The position numbers and the translations under genes were made by a program. A model generated the notes under the pieces. The model was not told where the DNA came from. It did not search any database and saw only the letters and a list, made by a program, of their open reading frames with translations. 64,000 nt of DNA from Blastocatellia bacterium (GTDB lineage: Bacteria > Acidobacteriota > Blastocatellia > UBA7656). Shown here one piece after another: positions 1 through 9,263 of the stretch; the stretch's first letter is position 1; each line of letters opens with the position of its first letter. The stretch is taken from assembly GCA_963765495.1 (NCBI GenBank), contig CAVXWP010000009.1, forward strand, positions 480,001-544,000, read 5' to 3'.

Positions 1-576
1 GTCTTCGGATGATTCCGAAAGGCGGCTGATAGCCTGATACTTGGTGTCGAGTATGCGTACGGTCTTTTCGGCGCGCTCCAGATGCTTGGCGAGTTGAATA
101 AACTGATACGCCTCGCCGTGTGTCATCGTCTCGTTTGTGATCCCCTGAAATGCGTGCGAACCGTCGCGAATCTCGCCAAAAAATTCGAGCGGCGCGCGCG
201 ATATGGCCGCGCGGTTGGCCTCTTTCGTCGCAAAATAGAGGCGGTTCAGGTACTCCCACATCTCCTTGCTGATCTGCTCGCGAACGCTGCGGGCGTTCTC
301 GCGCGCAAGCGTTATGCACCACACAACGGCATTCGGGTTGTGCTGATTCCAGAGTATGAAATCGATCACGTTTGCGGCGTTGTAGGCATCATAATGCTGA
401 TTGAACAAAGGCTCGTCGCCGGTAATCGCGATCAAGGGCCGCCAGCCCTGCTCGCTGTCCATCTGGCGGGCATCGAGCAGAGTGTAAAAGTTTACCGCCA
501 GCACCCGCGTCATGTCCTCTGCCCGCTCGATGTAGCGGGACATCCAGTAAAGCGAATTTGCAACACGTGAAAGCAT
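1..576 (-). CDS. Alpha-E domain protein (DUF403 family), 3'-truncated by the window edge
   Basis: Absent from the ORF track. The minus strand from ATG at 576 reads [24 protein letters not shown], the typical alpha-E N-terminus. It lies directly downstream of the cp-ATP-grasp gene. Confidence 0.9.
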   Translation of the reverse strand, partial: MLSRVANSLYWMSRYIERAEDMTRVLAVNFYTLLDARQMDSEQGWRPLIAITGDEPLFNQHYDAYNAANVIDFILWNQHNPNAVVWCITLARENARSVREQISKEMWEYLNRLYFATKEANRAAISRAPLEFFGEIRDGSHAFQGITNETMTHGEAYQFIQLAKHLERAEKTVRILDTKYQAISRLSESSED

Positions 577-600
577 AGAAAATCCGATCAACGATTTAAC

Positions 601-2067
601 TTAATGGCTCAACACCCAGGTGTCTTTGCTGCCGCCGCCCTGCGAAGAATTGACTACGAGTGAGCCCGAGCGCAAGGCGACTCTCGTCAGCCCACCGGCT
701 ACGATTGTTATCTTCTCACCATTGAGTATGTAGGGGCGAAGATCAATGTGGCAGCCGCGCAATTCTCCTTCTATGTATGTCGGATGTCGGCTCAGGGAGA
801 TGGTCGGTTGCGCGATGAAATTTCGCGGATTGGCTCTGACCTTTTCAGCATACTCCTCGCGCTCGGCCTTACTCGAATGCGGGCCTACAAGCATGCCGTA
901 GCCGCCGCTTTCGTTCACCGCCTTCAAAACCAGCTTCTCCATATTGGCGAGCATATAGGCGCGCTGCTTGTCGTCGCTCGCAAGATAGGTAGGCACATTG
1001 TTTAGTATAGGCTCCTCGCCCAGATAGTAACGAATCATCTCCGGCACGTATGCGTAAACGGCCTTGTCGTCTGCCACGCCTGTGCCTATGGCGTTTGCGA
1101 GCGTGACCTTTCCCCGGCGATAGGCATTCAACAACCCGGCCACACCGAGCGCGCTGTCGCTGCGAAACGCCATAGGGTCGAGGAAGTCATCATCCACGCG
1201 GCGATAGATTACATCGACCCGCTTGAGCCCTCGGGTCGTGCGGGTGTAGACGTTATCGTTGTGGCAGATCAGGTCGCGGCCTTCGACTATTTCGATCCCC
1301 ATCTGCCGCGCCAAAAACGAATGCTCGAAGTAGGCCGAGTTATAGATGCCCGGCGTCAGCAACACTACGTTCGGATCATAGGCTTCGCGCGGCGCGACCG
1401 AGCAGAGCATGTTGAGCAATTCCTGCGGATAATGATCTATCGGCATCACGCCGTAGCGCTCGAACAGGCGCGGGAAACATCGCTTCATCGCCTGCCGGTT
1501 TTCCAGCATGTAGCTTACGCCCGAAGGCGAGCGAAGATTGTCTTCGAGGACGTAATAGTTGCCGTCGTGATCGCGAATCAAATCCGTGCCTATGATGTGG
1601 GCATAGACGTTGCGCGGCACATCAATGCCGATCATCTCGCGGCGGTAATGCTTTGCGCCAAAGACGAGTTCGGGCGGGATGCGACGGTCTTTTATTATGC
1701 GCTGGTCGTGATATACATCGTGCAGAAAATGGTTGAGCGCCGTTATGCGCTGGGTGAGCCCCCGCTCGAGCATCTCCCATTCATCGTGCGAGATGATGCG
1801 CGGAATCAGATCGAATGGAAAGATTCGCTCTATCCCCGCGTCTTCGTTGTAAACGGTGAAGGTGATCCCTTGATAGAGAAACGAAATATCGGCGGCGCGA
1901 CAGCGCTCATCCAGATCACTGGTGCTCAAGGAAGAGAGGCGATCATAAAGGACGCGGTAATGCGGGCGCGGCTCGCCTGAGTTTGAAAACATCTCATCGA
2001 AAAAATTGCCCAGGTTATAATTACGGCTCAGAACCGGTGTATCCGATTCCATCTTTGTGTCAGACAT
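601..2067 (-). CDS. Circularly permuted type 2 ATP-grasp protein (DUF404/DUF407)
   Basis: Motifs [54 protein letters not shown] and [16 protein letters not shown]. Confidence 0.93.
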   Translation of the reverse strand: MSDTKMESDTPVLSRNYNLGNFFDEMFSNSGEPRPHYRVLYDRLSSLSTSDLDERCRAADISFLYQGITFTVYNEDAGIERIFPFDLIPRIISHDEWEMLERGLTQRITALNHFLHDVYHDQRIIKDRRIPPELVFGAKHYRREMIGIDVPRNVYAHIIGTDLIRDHDGNYYVLEDNLRSPSGVSYMLENRQAMKRCFPRLFERYGVMPIDHYPQELLNMLCSVAPREAYDPNVVLLTPGIYNSAYFEHSFLARQMGIEIVEGRDLICHNDNVYTRTTRGLKRVDVIYRRVDDDFLDPMAFRSDSALGVAGLLNAYRRGKVTLANAIGTGVADDKAVYAYVPEMIRYYLGEEPILNNVPTYLASDDKQRAYMLANMEKLVLKAVNESGGYGMLVGPHSSKAEREEYAEKVRANPRNFIAQPTISLSRHPTYIEGELRGCHIDLRPYILNGEKITIVAGGLTRVALRSGSLVVNSSQGGGSKDTWVLSH

Positions 2068-2235
2068 GGCGATTGCTTGTGGAAAAAGGACCTGGCTGGT
2101 TCCTTCTCAAATCCCCTTAAGAAAATACCATTCCCTTATCGAAAGAGAATGGGAAGCATCCATAGCCTTGCTTCTGGTGTTCTAAATTCGGTTGAGAGCG
2201 ATTGAGCTAATGAAAAATCTACGCAAATCAGCGAC

Positions 2236-2264
2236 AGTATAAAGGCCCATCGGGAATGAGTCAA
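2236..2264 (-). promoter_or_regulatory. Sigma70-type promoter of the ATP-grasp/alpha-E operon
   Basis: Minus strand TTGACT-17 bp-TATACT, about 170 bp upstream of the start codon. Confidence 0.6.
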
Positions 2265-2284
2265 ACTTTTGTAGGAGATCAGAA

Positions 2285-2360
2285 ATAGCCACAGAGCCAC
2301 AGAGTCACAGAGAAAAGCTTACAAAAAATCTCTGTGGCTCTGTGGTCTGTGGCAAATTTT
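2285..2360. repeat. Hairpin element of (GCCACAGA)n arms, copy 1
   Basis: gccacagagccacagagtcacagag...ctctgtggctctgtggtctgtggc. A similar copy lies in the opposite orientation at about 17285-17353. Confidence 0.8.
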
Positions 2361-2372
2361 TTCCTTCCGATT

Positions 2373-3473
2373 TCACTGGCGGCGGGCGGGAACCCAGTCG
2401 GGTTCAAAGCGCGTTCCCAGCACCAGTCGCACAAACAGGCCATAACTGGCAATGCCCGCCTGCACGCGATTGGCCTTGAGAAAACGGTCATACATCTCCG
2501 ATTGCATGCGGCTCGCCTGTTGGTTCAGCCCCCTGCTCACCCGCTCGCTTATAGCGCGAAGATCGGCTATGACCTGAGGCGCGAGTTGGAGAGGCGCATC
2601 AGTCGTATTTTCCTCCTCGCTCCGGCGCGGCAGATACATATAAAGCGCCAGCCATCCCGAATACCTCACCGCCGCCGATTCGGATCGCAGACATGAGAGC
2701 AAGGCGACAAAATTGGCCTCGCCTTCATCGGCAAACCCCGCCAGATGCCCCCATTCGTGTGCCAGCGTGAACGGCTTTTCAATCGGCAACAACTCGGCGT
2801 TGAGTATGACCTCAAGCCCAAACGGATTGGTGAAGCCTTCGATTCCAGTAGTCTTGAAATAGGGGTTGAGAATCGAAGTCTTGGCAACCCCGGGAGTGAT
2901 GCCGCTTCTGTCTCCGAGATCGACGACTACCCTGTTGAACGACGCGGCAAGCATTCTCCGCATCTCTTCATCAGAGGGCCAGTCGCCTGCCCTTACCTCC
3001 CCCGAAATCGCGTTGAGATTTTCGATTGTCGTTCTTCTCAGCAGGCCCAGCGCTTCCACGCTCAGGCGCTGGTTGTCGTATTCGAGTTTTCCGACAAGCG
3101 GCTCGCGCAGATAATTGAGCCCCCACAGAATCTCAAAGAGCAGAAAGATTGCCGCCGTCAGCACGAGGGTGTGAAAAAAGAGCAGCGGCAGGGCTCTCAA
3201 GCGTCTCCCCTTCCCTGCTTTTCTGATGCGATATGACCACCAGACGGGCGCAGCAATCAACACGGCAACAAGCAGAACATCGCCCAGCGCAAACGGTAGC
3301 AGGTTTGTAAAAGACGTAAGCAAGGGCTGCAAAGTAAGATAAAAACCGTTTGTGTAAAAGCGCTCGACCCACGCCCGGGGAAGCGGGATAAAAGCCAGCA
3401 GCAGCGCGGCAATGATTGTGAAAAGACCGAGCCACACGCGAGCGGAAAGGTTTTGCCTCAAAAATAAACGCAT
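2373..3473 (-). CDS. DUF3810 family membrane protein (zincin-like HEXXH)
   Basis: N-terminal TM helices, VERFYTNGFY, GFTNPFGLE, and FTLAHEWGHLAGFADEGEANF. Start moved to ATG 3473 because the upstream part of the track ORF overlaps a terminator and a small gene. Confidence 0.82.
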   Translation of the reverse strand: MRLFLRQNLSARVWLGLFTIIAALLLAFIPLPRAWVERFYTNGFYLTLQPLLTSFTNLLPFALGDVLLVAVLIAAPVWWSYRIRKAGKGRRLRALPLLFFHTLVLTAAIFLLFEILWGLNYLREPLVGKLEYDNQRLSVEALGLLRRTTIENLNAISGEVRAGDWPSDEEMRRMLAASFNRVVVDLGDRSGITPGVAKTSILNPYFKTTGIEGFTNPFGLEVILNAELLPIEKPFTLAHEWGHLAGFADEGEANFVALLSCLRSESAAVRYSGWLALYMYLPRRSEEENTTDAPLQLAPQVIADLRAISERVSRGLNQQASRMQSEMYDRFLKANRVQAGIASYGLFVRLVLGTRFEPDWVPARRQ

Positions 3474-3530
3474 GATGAAATTGCGCTCTTTTGACAGGTT
3501 TGCAGGGTTATCATCTTTTGAAATTCTTTC

Positions 3531-3562
3531 AAAAAAAGGCAAGGAGCCTGCGCCCCTTGCCT
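3531..3562 (-). terminator. Rho-independent terminator of the metallothionein gene
   Basis: Minus strand AGGCAAGGGGC-GCAG-GCTCCTTGCCT followed by a T-run. Confidence 0.8.
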
Positions 3563-3586
3563 CATTTGCTCGCCTGAATCCAAAAC

Positions 3587-3742
3587 CTAGAGCTGGCTGG
3601 AACAGCCGGGATGACCGCAATCACAGGCAAGCTCTACCGAATCGCCCGCCGTTTCACAATAAGGGCTGCAATAGCTGCCGTCTTCGGGCTGCGCGCAATT
3701 ACAGCTTACGTGCGAGCAGTTTTCTCTCTCTTCGTCTGCCAT
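3587..3742 (-). CDS. Prokaryotic metallothionein (51 aa), absent from the ORF track
   Basis: MADEERENCSHVSCNCAQPEDGSYCSPYCETAGDSVELACDCGHPGCSSQL has 8 Cys and 2 His with CxC, YCSxxC and CxCGHxxC motifs. It has an AAGGAG RBS and its own terminator. Confidence 0.88.
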   Translation of the reverse strand: MADEERENCSHVSCNCAQPEDGSYCSPYCETAGDSVELACDCGHPGCSSQL

Positions 3743-3834
3743 CTGATACTCCTTACCAAAAAATAAGAGCGTCCGCAGATAAATCTATTCTATCAAGTTT
3801 CTCTCGATCTCGCTTCCCTCGTTGATTTGACGGA

Positions 3835-5277
3835 TCAAATATTTTCTTCCGTCAGATTGCCTGCGCGATGGAGTTTCATCGAAAGCGATATGATGGGATC
3901 GTCGAGCTTGCCCGCCATCACGACTACGCCTTCGCCACGCGCGGCAAGCCCCCGCTTGAGCAATATCTGATCGGCCTCTGCCAGAAGCGATTTTTTTTCA
4001 ACAGGGTTGGCCCGAAGCATGTATGGCTCGACACCCCAGGTTACGGCCAATTGCGCGTAGCTCTGTTTGCGAGTCGTAAAGGCGATGATTCGCTGGCGCG
4101 GACGGAGCGCAGCCATGCGGCGTGCCATGTGCCCGCTCTCAGATATGACTACGATCAGACGGCAATCAATCTCTTCGGCGGCAAAGGCGGCGGCCTTGGC
4201 AATGGCCCGGCCATAAGAGCCGTGTCGCAATTTAAAAATCGTCTGCCTTATAGCGGCGTTGTTTGTGAACCCTATCTCCTCGGTAGTGCAAATGATCTCG
4301 TCCATTATCCGAATCGTCTCAACCGGGAACCGACCTACAGCAGTTTCGCCCGACAGCATCACCGCGTCCGACCCGTCGAGCACAGCATTCGACACATCGG
4401 AGGCTTCGGCGCGAGTCGGCCTCGGATTTTCGATCATCGACTGTAGCATCTGAGTCGCGGTGATAATGGTCTTTTCGGCAAGCAGCGCATCGGAGATTAT
4501 CTTTTTTTGCAGAACGGGCACGCGGGCGGTCGAAGTCTCTACGGCCAGGTCGCCACGCGCTACCATCACGCCGTCGGCAACATCGAGGATATTTTGGAGG
4601 TCATCGACGGCTTCGGGTTTTTCTATCTTCGCTATCAGCCGAGCCGAACCGCCAAACTCCTTTATCAATTCGCGCGTGCGGCGGCAATCTTCGGCTCGCC
4701 GGACAAAGGATTGAGCCACTATGTCTATGCCGCGCTCGATTCCGAATTTCAAATCGACGATATCTTTTTCAGTGGTGGAAGGGATCGAGATTTGAGCGCC
4801 GGGCAGATTTATACCCTTGCGCTCGCCGAGCACTCCGCCGTGAATGACTCTGGCTCGGACGTCGGTGTCGGTGGTGTCGATAACCTTAAGCTCAAGTTCG
4901 CCGTCGCTGATGAGTATTCGGTCGCCGGGTTTGACTTCGCTTGCAAGCAACGGATAGTTGGCAGAAAAGCGGGCCGCATCGCCTTCGATATCTTCGCTTG
5001 TGATTGATACCTGAGCGCCTTCTTTGAGCACCACTTCTGTATTTCGCAGACGCCCGGTACGAATCTTCGGGCCTGAAAGGTCCAGCATTACAGCCACGTC
5101 TTTATCGAGTTCGGCTGCAACTTTGCGGATGCGATCTATGACAAGGCCGTGATGCTCGCGCTCTCCGTGCGACATATTGATGCGCGCCACATCCATCCCC
5201 GTCGTCATGAGCGCACGCAACAACTCTTCGGATTCCGACGCCGGACCAATAGTTGCAACTATCTTCGCTTTTCGCAT
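3835..5277 (-). CDS. pyk: Pyruvate kinase
   Basis: KIVATIGPAS, RINMSHG, IAKIEKPEA, MVARGDLAVE, ATQMLQSM and PTRAEASDV. Confidence 0.97.
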   Translation of the reverse strand: MRKAKIVATIGPASESEELLRALMTTGMDVARINMSHGEREHHGLVIDRIRKVAAELDKDVAVMLDLSGPKIRTGRLRNTEVVLKEGAQVSITSEDIEGDAARFSANYPLLASEVKPGDRILISDGELELKVIDTTDTDVRARVIHGGVLGERKGINLPGAQISIPSTTEKDIVDLKFGIERGIDIVAQSFVRRAEDCRRTRELIKEFGGSARLIAKIEKPEAVDDLQNILDVADGVMVARGDLAVETSTARVPVLQKKIISDALLAEKTIITATQMLQSMIENPRPTRAEASDVSNAVLDGSDAVMLSGETAVGRFPVETIRIMDEIICTTEEIGFTNNAAIRQTIFKLRHGSYGRAIAKAAAFAAEEIDCRLIVVISESGHMARRMAALRPRQRIIAFTTRKQSYAQLAVTWGVEPYMLRANPVEKKSLLAEADQILLKRGLAARGEGVVVMAGKLDDPIISLSMKLHRAGNLTEENI

Positions 5278-5294
5278 AAACCTCCCACACTTTC

Positions 5295-5403
5295 AAGTTT
5301 TGAGTTTTGAGTTTTGAGTTTTGAATTGAGGGAGAGTTTTGAAAATGCCGGTACCGTGCTCAGGTCTCAGGATTCAAAACTCAAAACTCAAAACTCAAAA
5401 CTT
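5295..5403. repeat. Hairpin element with (TTTTGAG)n/(CTCAAAA)n arms
   Basis: Perfect 32-bp inverted repeat at 5295-5326 and 5372-5403, made of heptamer tandems. Confidence 0.9.
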
Positions 5404-5405
5404 AT

Positions 5406-6023
5406 TCAGGGTTGGGCGAGCGCGCTGTTGACTGCCTCATCGAGCACGCGGGCATGCGAATCCGTGTAGCCGATCAGGTGTTTTACGAGTTTTCCGTCGC
5501 GCCCGAAAACGAGCGTTTGCGGGATAGTGTCGTCTTCGCGACCGAGATAATCGAGAAACATTTGATCTGAGGCCATGCCGATTGTGTAATCGATATTGTA
5601 CCGGTCCCTGAAGCGGCGAATGGCATCGGGCGTGGACCTTCCCCGGTCGTCTATATGCAGACCGACCACTTCGAGCCCGCGAGCGCGATTCTGGTCGGCG
5701 ATTCTTACGAGTTGAGGGATTTCTTCTCTACAGGGCGGGCACCACGTAGCCCAGAAGTCGAGCACTACAACCTTGCCGCGATAATTCGACAGATTTATCG
5801 TCGCGCCGTCCATCGTCGGTATGCTGAAATCGCTAACGACGGTCGTAGTCGTATCTGACACGGGCGTGCCCGGCAGCGCAACTCTCGAATCCGTCTTCAC
5901 ATCCACGTGACCGAAAAAAAACACATAGCCTATCGTTGCAACAAGCACGGCGACCACGGCGGTTGCAAGTATGCGACCCGGCGTCCACATCGTCTCATCA
6001 GAGGTGGCATTATCGTCTGCCAT
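5406..6023 (-). CDS. TlpA-family membrane-anchored thiol-disulfide oxidoreductase
   Basis: N-terminal TM helix and GKVVVLDFWATWCPPCREEIP. Confidence 0.9.
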   Translation of the reverse strand: MADDNATSDETMWTPGRILATAVVAVLVATIGYVFFFGHVDVKTDSRVALPGTPVSDTTTTVVSDFSIPTMDGATINLSNYRGKVVVLDFWATWCPPCREEIPQLVRIADQNRARGLEVVGLHIDDRGRSTPDAIRRFRDRYNIDYTIGMASDQMFLDYLGREDDTIPQTLVFGRDGKLVKHLIGYTDSHARVLDEAVNSALAQP

Positions 6024-6064
6024 CTATTACCTCCATCCTAATGCTCTTTCAAGCCAATGCTCTT

Positions 6065-6238
6065 TCAAGTTTCGGGCTGATTCTCTGCAATCTCATCAAC
6101 ATCGGTCAAAGGTAACGAGACATGATAGTCTTCCGATGCCCAGTTGCCGAGATCAATGATGCGACATCTTTCAGAGCAAAACGGGCGATCAGGGTTGTCT
6201 TTCCACTCAGTCGCTTTTCCGCATATAGGGCACTTCAT
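6065..6238 (-). CDS. yacG: DNA gyrase inhibitor YacG (57 aa), absent from the ORF track
   Basis: MKCPICGKATEWKDNPDRPFCSERCRIIDLGNWASEDYHV, the CxxC...PFCSxRC...DLGxW signature. A GAGG RBS lies upstream. Confidence 0.9.
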   Translation of the reverse strand: MKCPICGKATEWKDNPDRPFCSERCRIIDLGNWASEDYHVSLPLTDVDEIAENQPET

Positions 6239-6403
6239 TAGATTTAATACCTCTCTGTTTTCTTTGTCGCTGTTAAGATCAATGATACTACGAATGAAGG
6301 CGAGTCCGCACCAGCCGAGGGCTCAAGAGAGCGGAATGGCGAAAGTCGCCTGATTCATTTCTGAGGCGCGTTGACGTATAATGCAGCGTGGCCGGTTGGT
6401 ATC

Positions 6404-6490
6404 TGGACTCCCGAAGTTCTGGTCTCTGATATAGAAATGCCCGGCGAAGATGGCTATGGCTTTATCAGTCGATTGCGGGCCTCGCGCTCA
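6404..6490 (+). pseudogene. Response-regulator receiver domain remnant
   Basis: WTPEVLVSDIEMPGEDGYGFISRLRA matches the receiver phospho-Asp region, but no N- or C-terminal parts of the domain surround it. Confidence 0.55.
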
Positions 6491-6513
6491 CTTGAACCTG
6501 CGGCCAGTCTAAA

Positions 6514-6548
6514 AATCACGAATCACGAATCACGAATCACGAATCACG
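6514..6548. repeat. (AATCACG)x5 tandem array, single arm
   Basis: Five perfect heptamer copies, 3 bp beyond the stop codon of the S9 peptidase gene. Confidence 0.9.
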
Positions 6549-6551
6549 CCT

Positions 6552-9143
6552 TCATTCCAGATTCTTTTCAAACAATTTGTAGATGCGTTTGTATTCGTCG
6601 GCCCAGCTTGTCGGCTCGATGAAGCCATGATCTTCCACCGGGTAGACGGCCAGTTCCCAGTTCTCCTTGCGAAGCTCGATCAACCTCTGCGCGAGGCGCA
6701 CGCTGTCCTGGAAATGAACGTTTGTGTCTACCATGCCGTGACAGATCAGAAGCGCCCCCTTCAACCCTTCGGCAAAATATATCGGCGAGGATTGTTTGTA
6801 GGCTTCGGGGTCTTCCTGCGGCTCATTGAGTATATTTGTCGTGTATGGGTGATTATAGTGCGCCCAATCGGTAACGGGTCTGAGCGCCGCACCTGCGGCA
6901 AAGACATCGGGGGTCGTAAACATCGCCATCAGGGTAATGAATCCGCCGTAGCTGCCGCCATAGATTCCTATCCGTTTCGAATCGACACCGTACTCGCTCA
7001 CAAGCCATCGAGCCGCGTCTACCTGGTCGTCCAGGTCTTTGCCGCCCATGTGACGATAGATGCCCGTTCGCCAGTCGCGCCCGTACCCGGCAGATGCCCG
7101 GTAATCGGCATCCAGCACAAGATAGCCATGCTCCATCAGGTAATGATGAAACATATATTCGCGCGAGTAGCTTGACCACCAGCGATGGACGTTTTGCAGA
7201 TAGCCCGCGCCGTGCACGAAGATCACGGCCGGGCCTCCGCGTTTGAAATTCTTTGGCTTGTAGAGGCGGGCATAAACCGTGGCCCCGTCGCGCGCGGCGA
7301 ATGTAACTATGGGAGGGTCTATCCAATCATAGTTCCAGAAATCGGGCGCGGGTGATGAGGTCACTTTTATGCGGTCGGCCCCCGGGCGGTTATCCTGAAT
7401 AAAGAGTTCGGGCGGGCGGTTGCTGTATGAATAAATGACCGCAAGGCTGTGTTCGTCGGGCGAGACAAATGCGCGGTTGTTGCCGGGATTGGATGTGATT
7501 TTTACGGGCGTGCCGCCTTCGGCGGGCATCACGTAAAAGTGTCGCTCGCCGGGCGAGACTTCGCTCGTTGTGAGAAAGAATTTTGTCTTGTCATCCGACA
7601 GATCCGCGTCTGTGACCTCCCACCTGCCCGATGTGAGCGGTTGGGAATCGCCTCCGTCAAAGGCTACGGTGTAGAGGTGCGAATAGCCCGTGCGTTCGGA
7701 TTGAAAATATATATGGCGGTCGTCTTTCATCCATCCGAGGGTGAACGAACCGGGGCCGTCTATCCACGCGTCGTCGTGATCGCTTGCGATGACGCGAGTC
7801 TTGCCCGTTTCAGGGTCGAGCGCGAGTATCCAGCGGTCCTTGTTGTCGGCAGAGCGTGCAAGTAAGACCGCTTTCGTTCCATCTTCGGACCAGAGAGGTC
7901 GGAACAATCTCACATCACGCTCGCGCTGCTCGGCCTTGCGCGCCGCCTGATTCGTCTCTTCCTCGCTCTGTTTTTCCTCGGCCTGACTGGTTGTTTGACT
8001 CTGAGTCTGTTCACCCTCGTTCCTCTCGACACGCTCGGCAGTAGCCTTCTCGGTCCTGGCCAGCGTACGGGGAGCAACCTCTTTCTGGCCGTGATCCACC
8101 CATTTGACTTCGCCCGTCTGAACGCTGATGATCGCAAGGCGGCTGCGCGATTGTCTTTCGCCCGCGTTGGTCCGGCCCGGAATCTCTTCGGTGTAGGCCG
8201 ACTCTGTAACGTAATTTGGGACCTCGGTATTTTTCGCGCCTTCGGGCCGTTCGATCACAGTTGCGATGACGCGATTCTGACCGGGCGCGAGTTGCAGGCT
8301 GACGACCTGCTGACGCGACTGGAGTTGAAAGGGCTTGCGCGGGTTTTCGAGTTTGCGCTTCTCTTCGTCCTGCTCGCGTTTTTCGGCTCGGCGTTTGACC
8401 GCATCAATCAGTTCGCGCTCTTCCTTCTTAAGGTATTCCTGACTCTCGGTGCCGCGCTTTTCTTTAGAGCCGCCCGCTTCCTGTTGAGCGGGCGAACCCG
8501 CCGCGCGAATGTCGGTCATCTGAACGAGCGACCCCGTATCGAGCGACATCACAAAAAGATTATTCGAACGAGTGAAATAGATATGGCGCTGGTCAGAGGT
8601 GAAATGCGCGTCGGATTCCACATCAGTCGTATCGGTGATCTGCCGTCGCTGCATAGCCTGATTGTCATAGACGAATACGTCTCCATCATCAACATAGACA
8701 GTCAGTCTCTTATCCCGCGACGGCTCGCCCGAGTTTGGAGGCGCATTTCTGGCCTCTTCCCGGGTGAGCTTTTTCAGATTCGTTCCGTCGCGGTTCACGA
8801 CATATGTGTCGAAATCCGCGCTCCTCGGATCGCCCGCCTGCTTCCATTCGAAATAGATGCGACTGCTATCGGGCGACCAGCGAACGGCGCGTGGTTCATA
8901 ACCCACGAGTTCCGGCCCTCGCATTATATTGTCGATGGTCAGATCGAATTGCTTGCCGGAAGAGTCCGCGCCCTTTTGCGCAGCTGTCTCCTTTTGCGCA
9001 GCTGCCTCCTTTTGCGCAGTTGCCGTCTTTTTCGCGGCTGTCGCTTTTTGCGCGGCAAAGGCTGTCGGGATTTGTCCCACTGCCAAAACGGCAATAAATA
9101 GAAGCAGGACCGGGTGTCTGGTTGAAGACGTGCGATCTTTCAT
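6552..9143 (-). CDS. Secreted S9 family (DPP IV-like) peptidase
   Basis: Signal peptide, beta-propeller region, GIYGGSYGG nucleophile motif, HGMVDTNVHFQ and EDHGF. Confidence 0.92.
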   Translation of the reverse strand: MKDRTSSTRHPVLLLFIAVLAVGQIPTAFAAQKATAAKKTATAQKEAAAQKETAAQKGADSSGKQFDLTIDNIMRGPELVGYEPRAVRWSPDSSRIYFEWKQAGDPRSADFDTYVVNRDGTNLKKLTREEARNAPPNSGEPSRDKRLTVYVDDGDVFVYDNQAMQRRQITDTTDVESDAHFTSDQRHIYFTRSNNLFVMSLDTGSLVQMTDIRAAGSPAQQEAGGSKEKRGTESQEYLKKEERELIDAVKRRAEKREQDEEKRKLENPRKPFQLQSRQQVVSLQLAPGQNRVIATVIERPEGAKNTEVPNYVTESAYTEEIPGRTNAGERQSRSRLAIISVQTGEVKWVDHGQKEVAPRTLARTEKATAERVERNEGEQTQSQTTSQAEEKQSEEETNQAARKAEQRERDVRLFRPLWSEDGTKAVLLARSADNKDRWILALDPETGKTRVIASDHDDAWIDGPGSFTLGWMKDDRHIYFQSERTGYSHLYTVAFDGGDSQPLTSGRWEVTDADLSDDKTKFFLTTSEVSPGERHFYVMPAEGGTPVKITSNPGNNRAFVSPDEHSLAVIYSYSNRPPELFIQDNRPGADRIKVTSSPAPDFWNYDWIDPPIVTFAARDGATVYARLYKPKNFKRGGPAVIFVHGAGYLQNVHRWWSSYSREYMFHHYLMEHGYLVLDADYRASAGYGRDWRTGIYRHMGGKDLDDQVDAARWLVSEYGVDSKRIGIYGGSYGGFITLMAMFTTPDVFAAGAALRPVTDWAHYNHPYTTNILNEPQEDPEAYKQSSPIYFAEGLKGALLICHGMVDTNVHFQDSVRLAQRLIELRKENWELAVYPVEDHGFIEPTSWADEYKRIYKLFEKNLE
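8973..9056. repeat. 18-bp coding tandem repeat encoding AAQKxx units
   Basis: cttttgcgcagctgtctc / cttttgcgcagctgcctc / cttttgcgcagttgccgt and further degenerate copies. Confidence 0.7.
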
Positions 9144-9178
9144 CGATCCTCCGAATTGGGTTGTCGGATAAAAAGATA

Positions 9179-9228
9179 AACGCCGAATGACAGGTACGGT
9201 ATAATATCCGTTTTTATCATTCGGCGTT
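9179..9228 (-). terminator. Inverted repeat after the peptide transporter, possible terminator or stabiliser
   Basis: AACGCCGAATGA...TCATTCGGCGTT 12-bp inverted repeat followed by a T-rich stretch on the minus strand. The loop is long. Confidence 0.45.
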
Positions 9229-9263
9229 CACGGGTCAATTCATGCAAATAAGAGTTCTTGAGG

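Noticed and set aside
3530-3790. tmRNA or other ncRNA downstream of pyk
   Set aside because: Better explained by the metallothionein ORF with its RBS and terminator; no tRNA-like ends.
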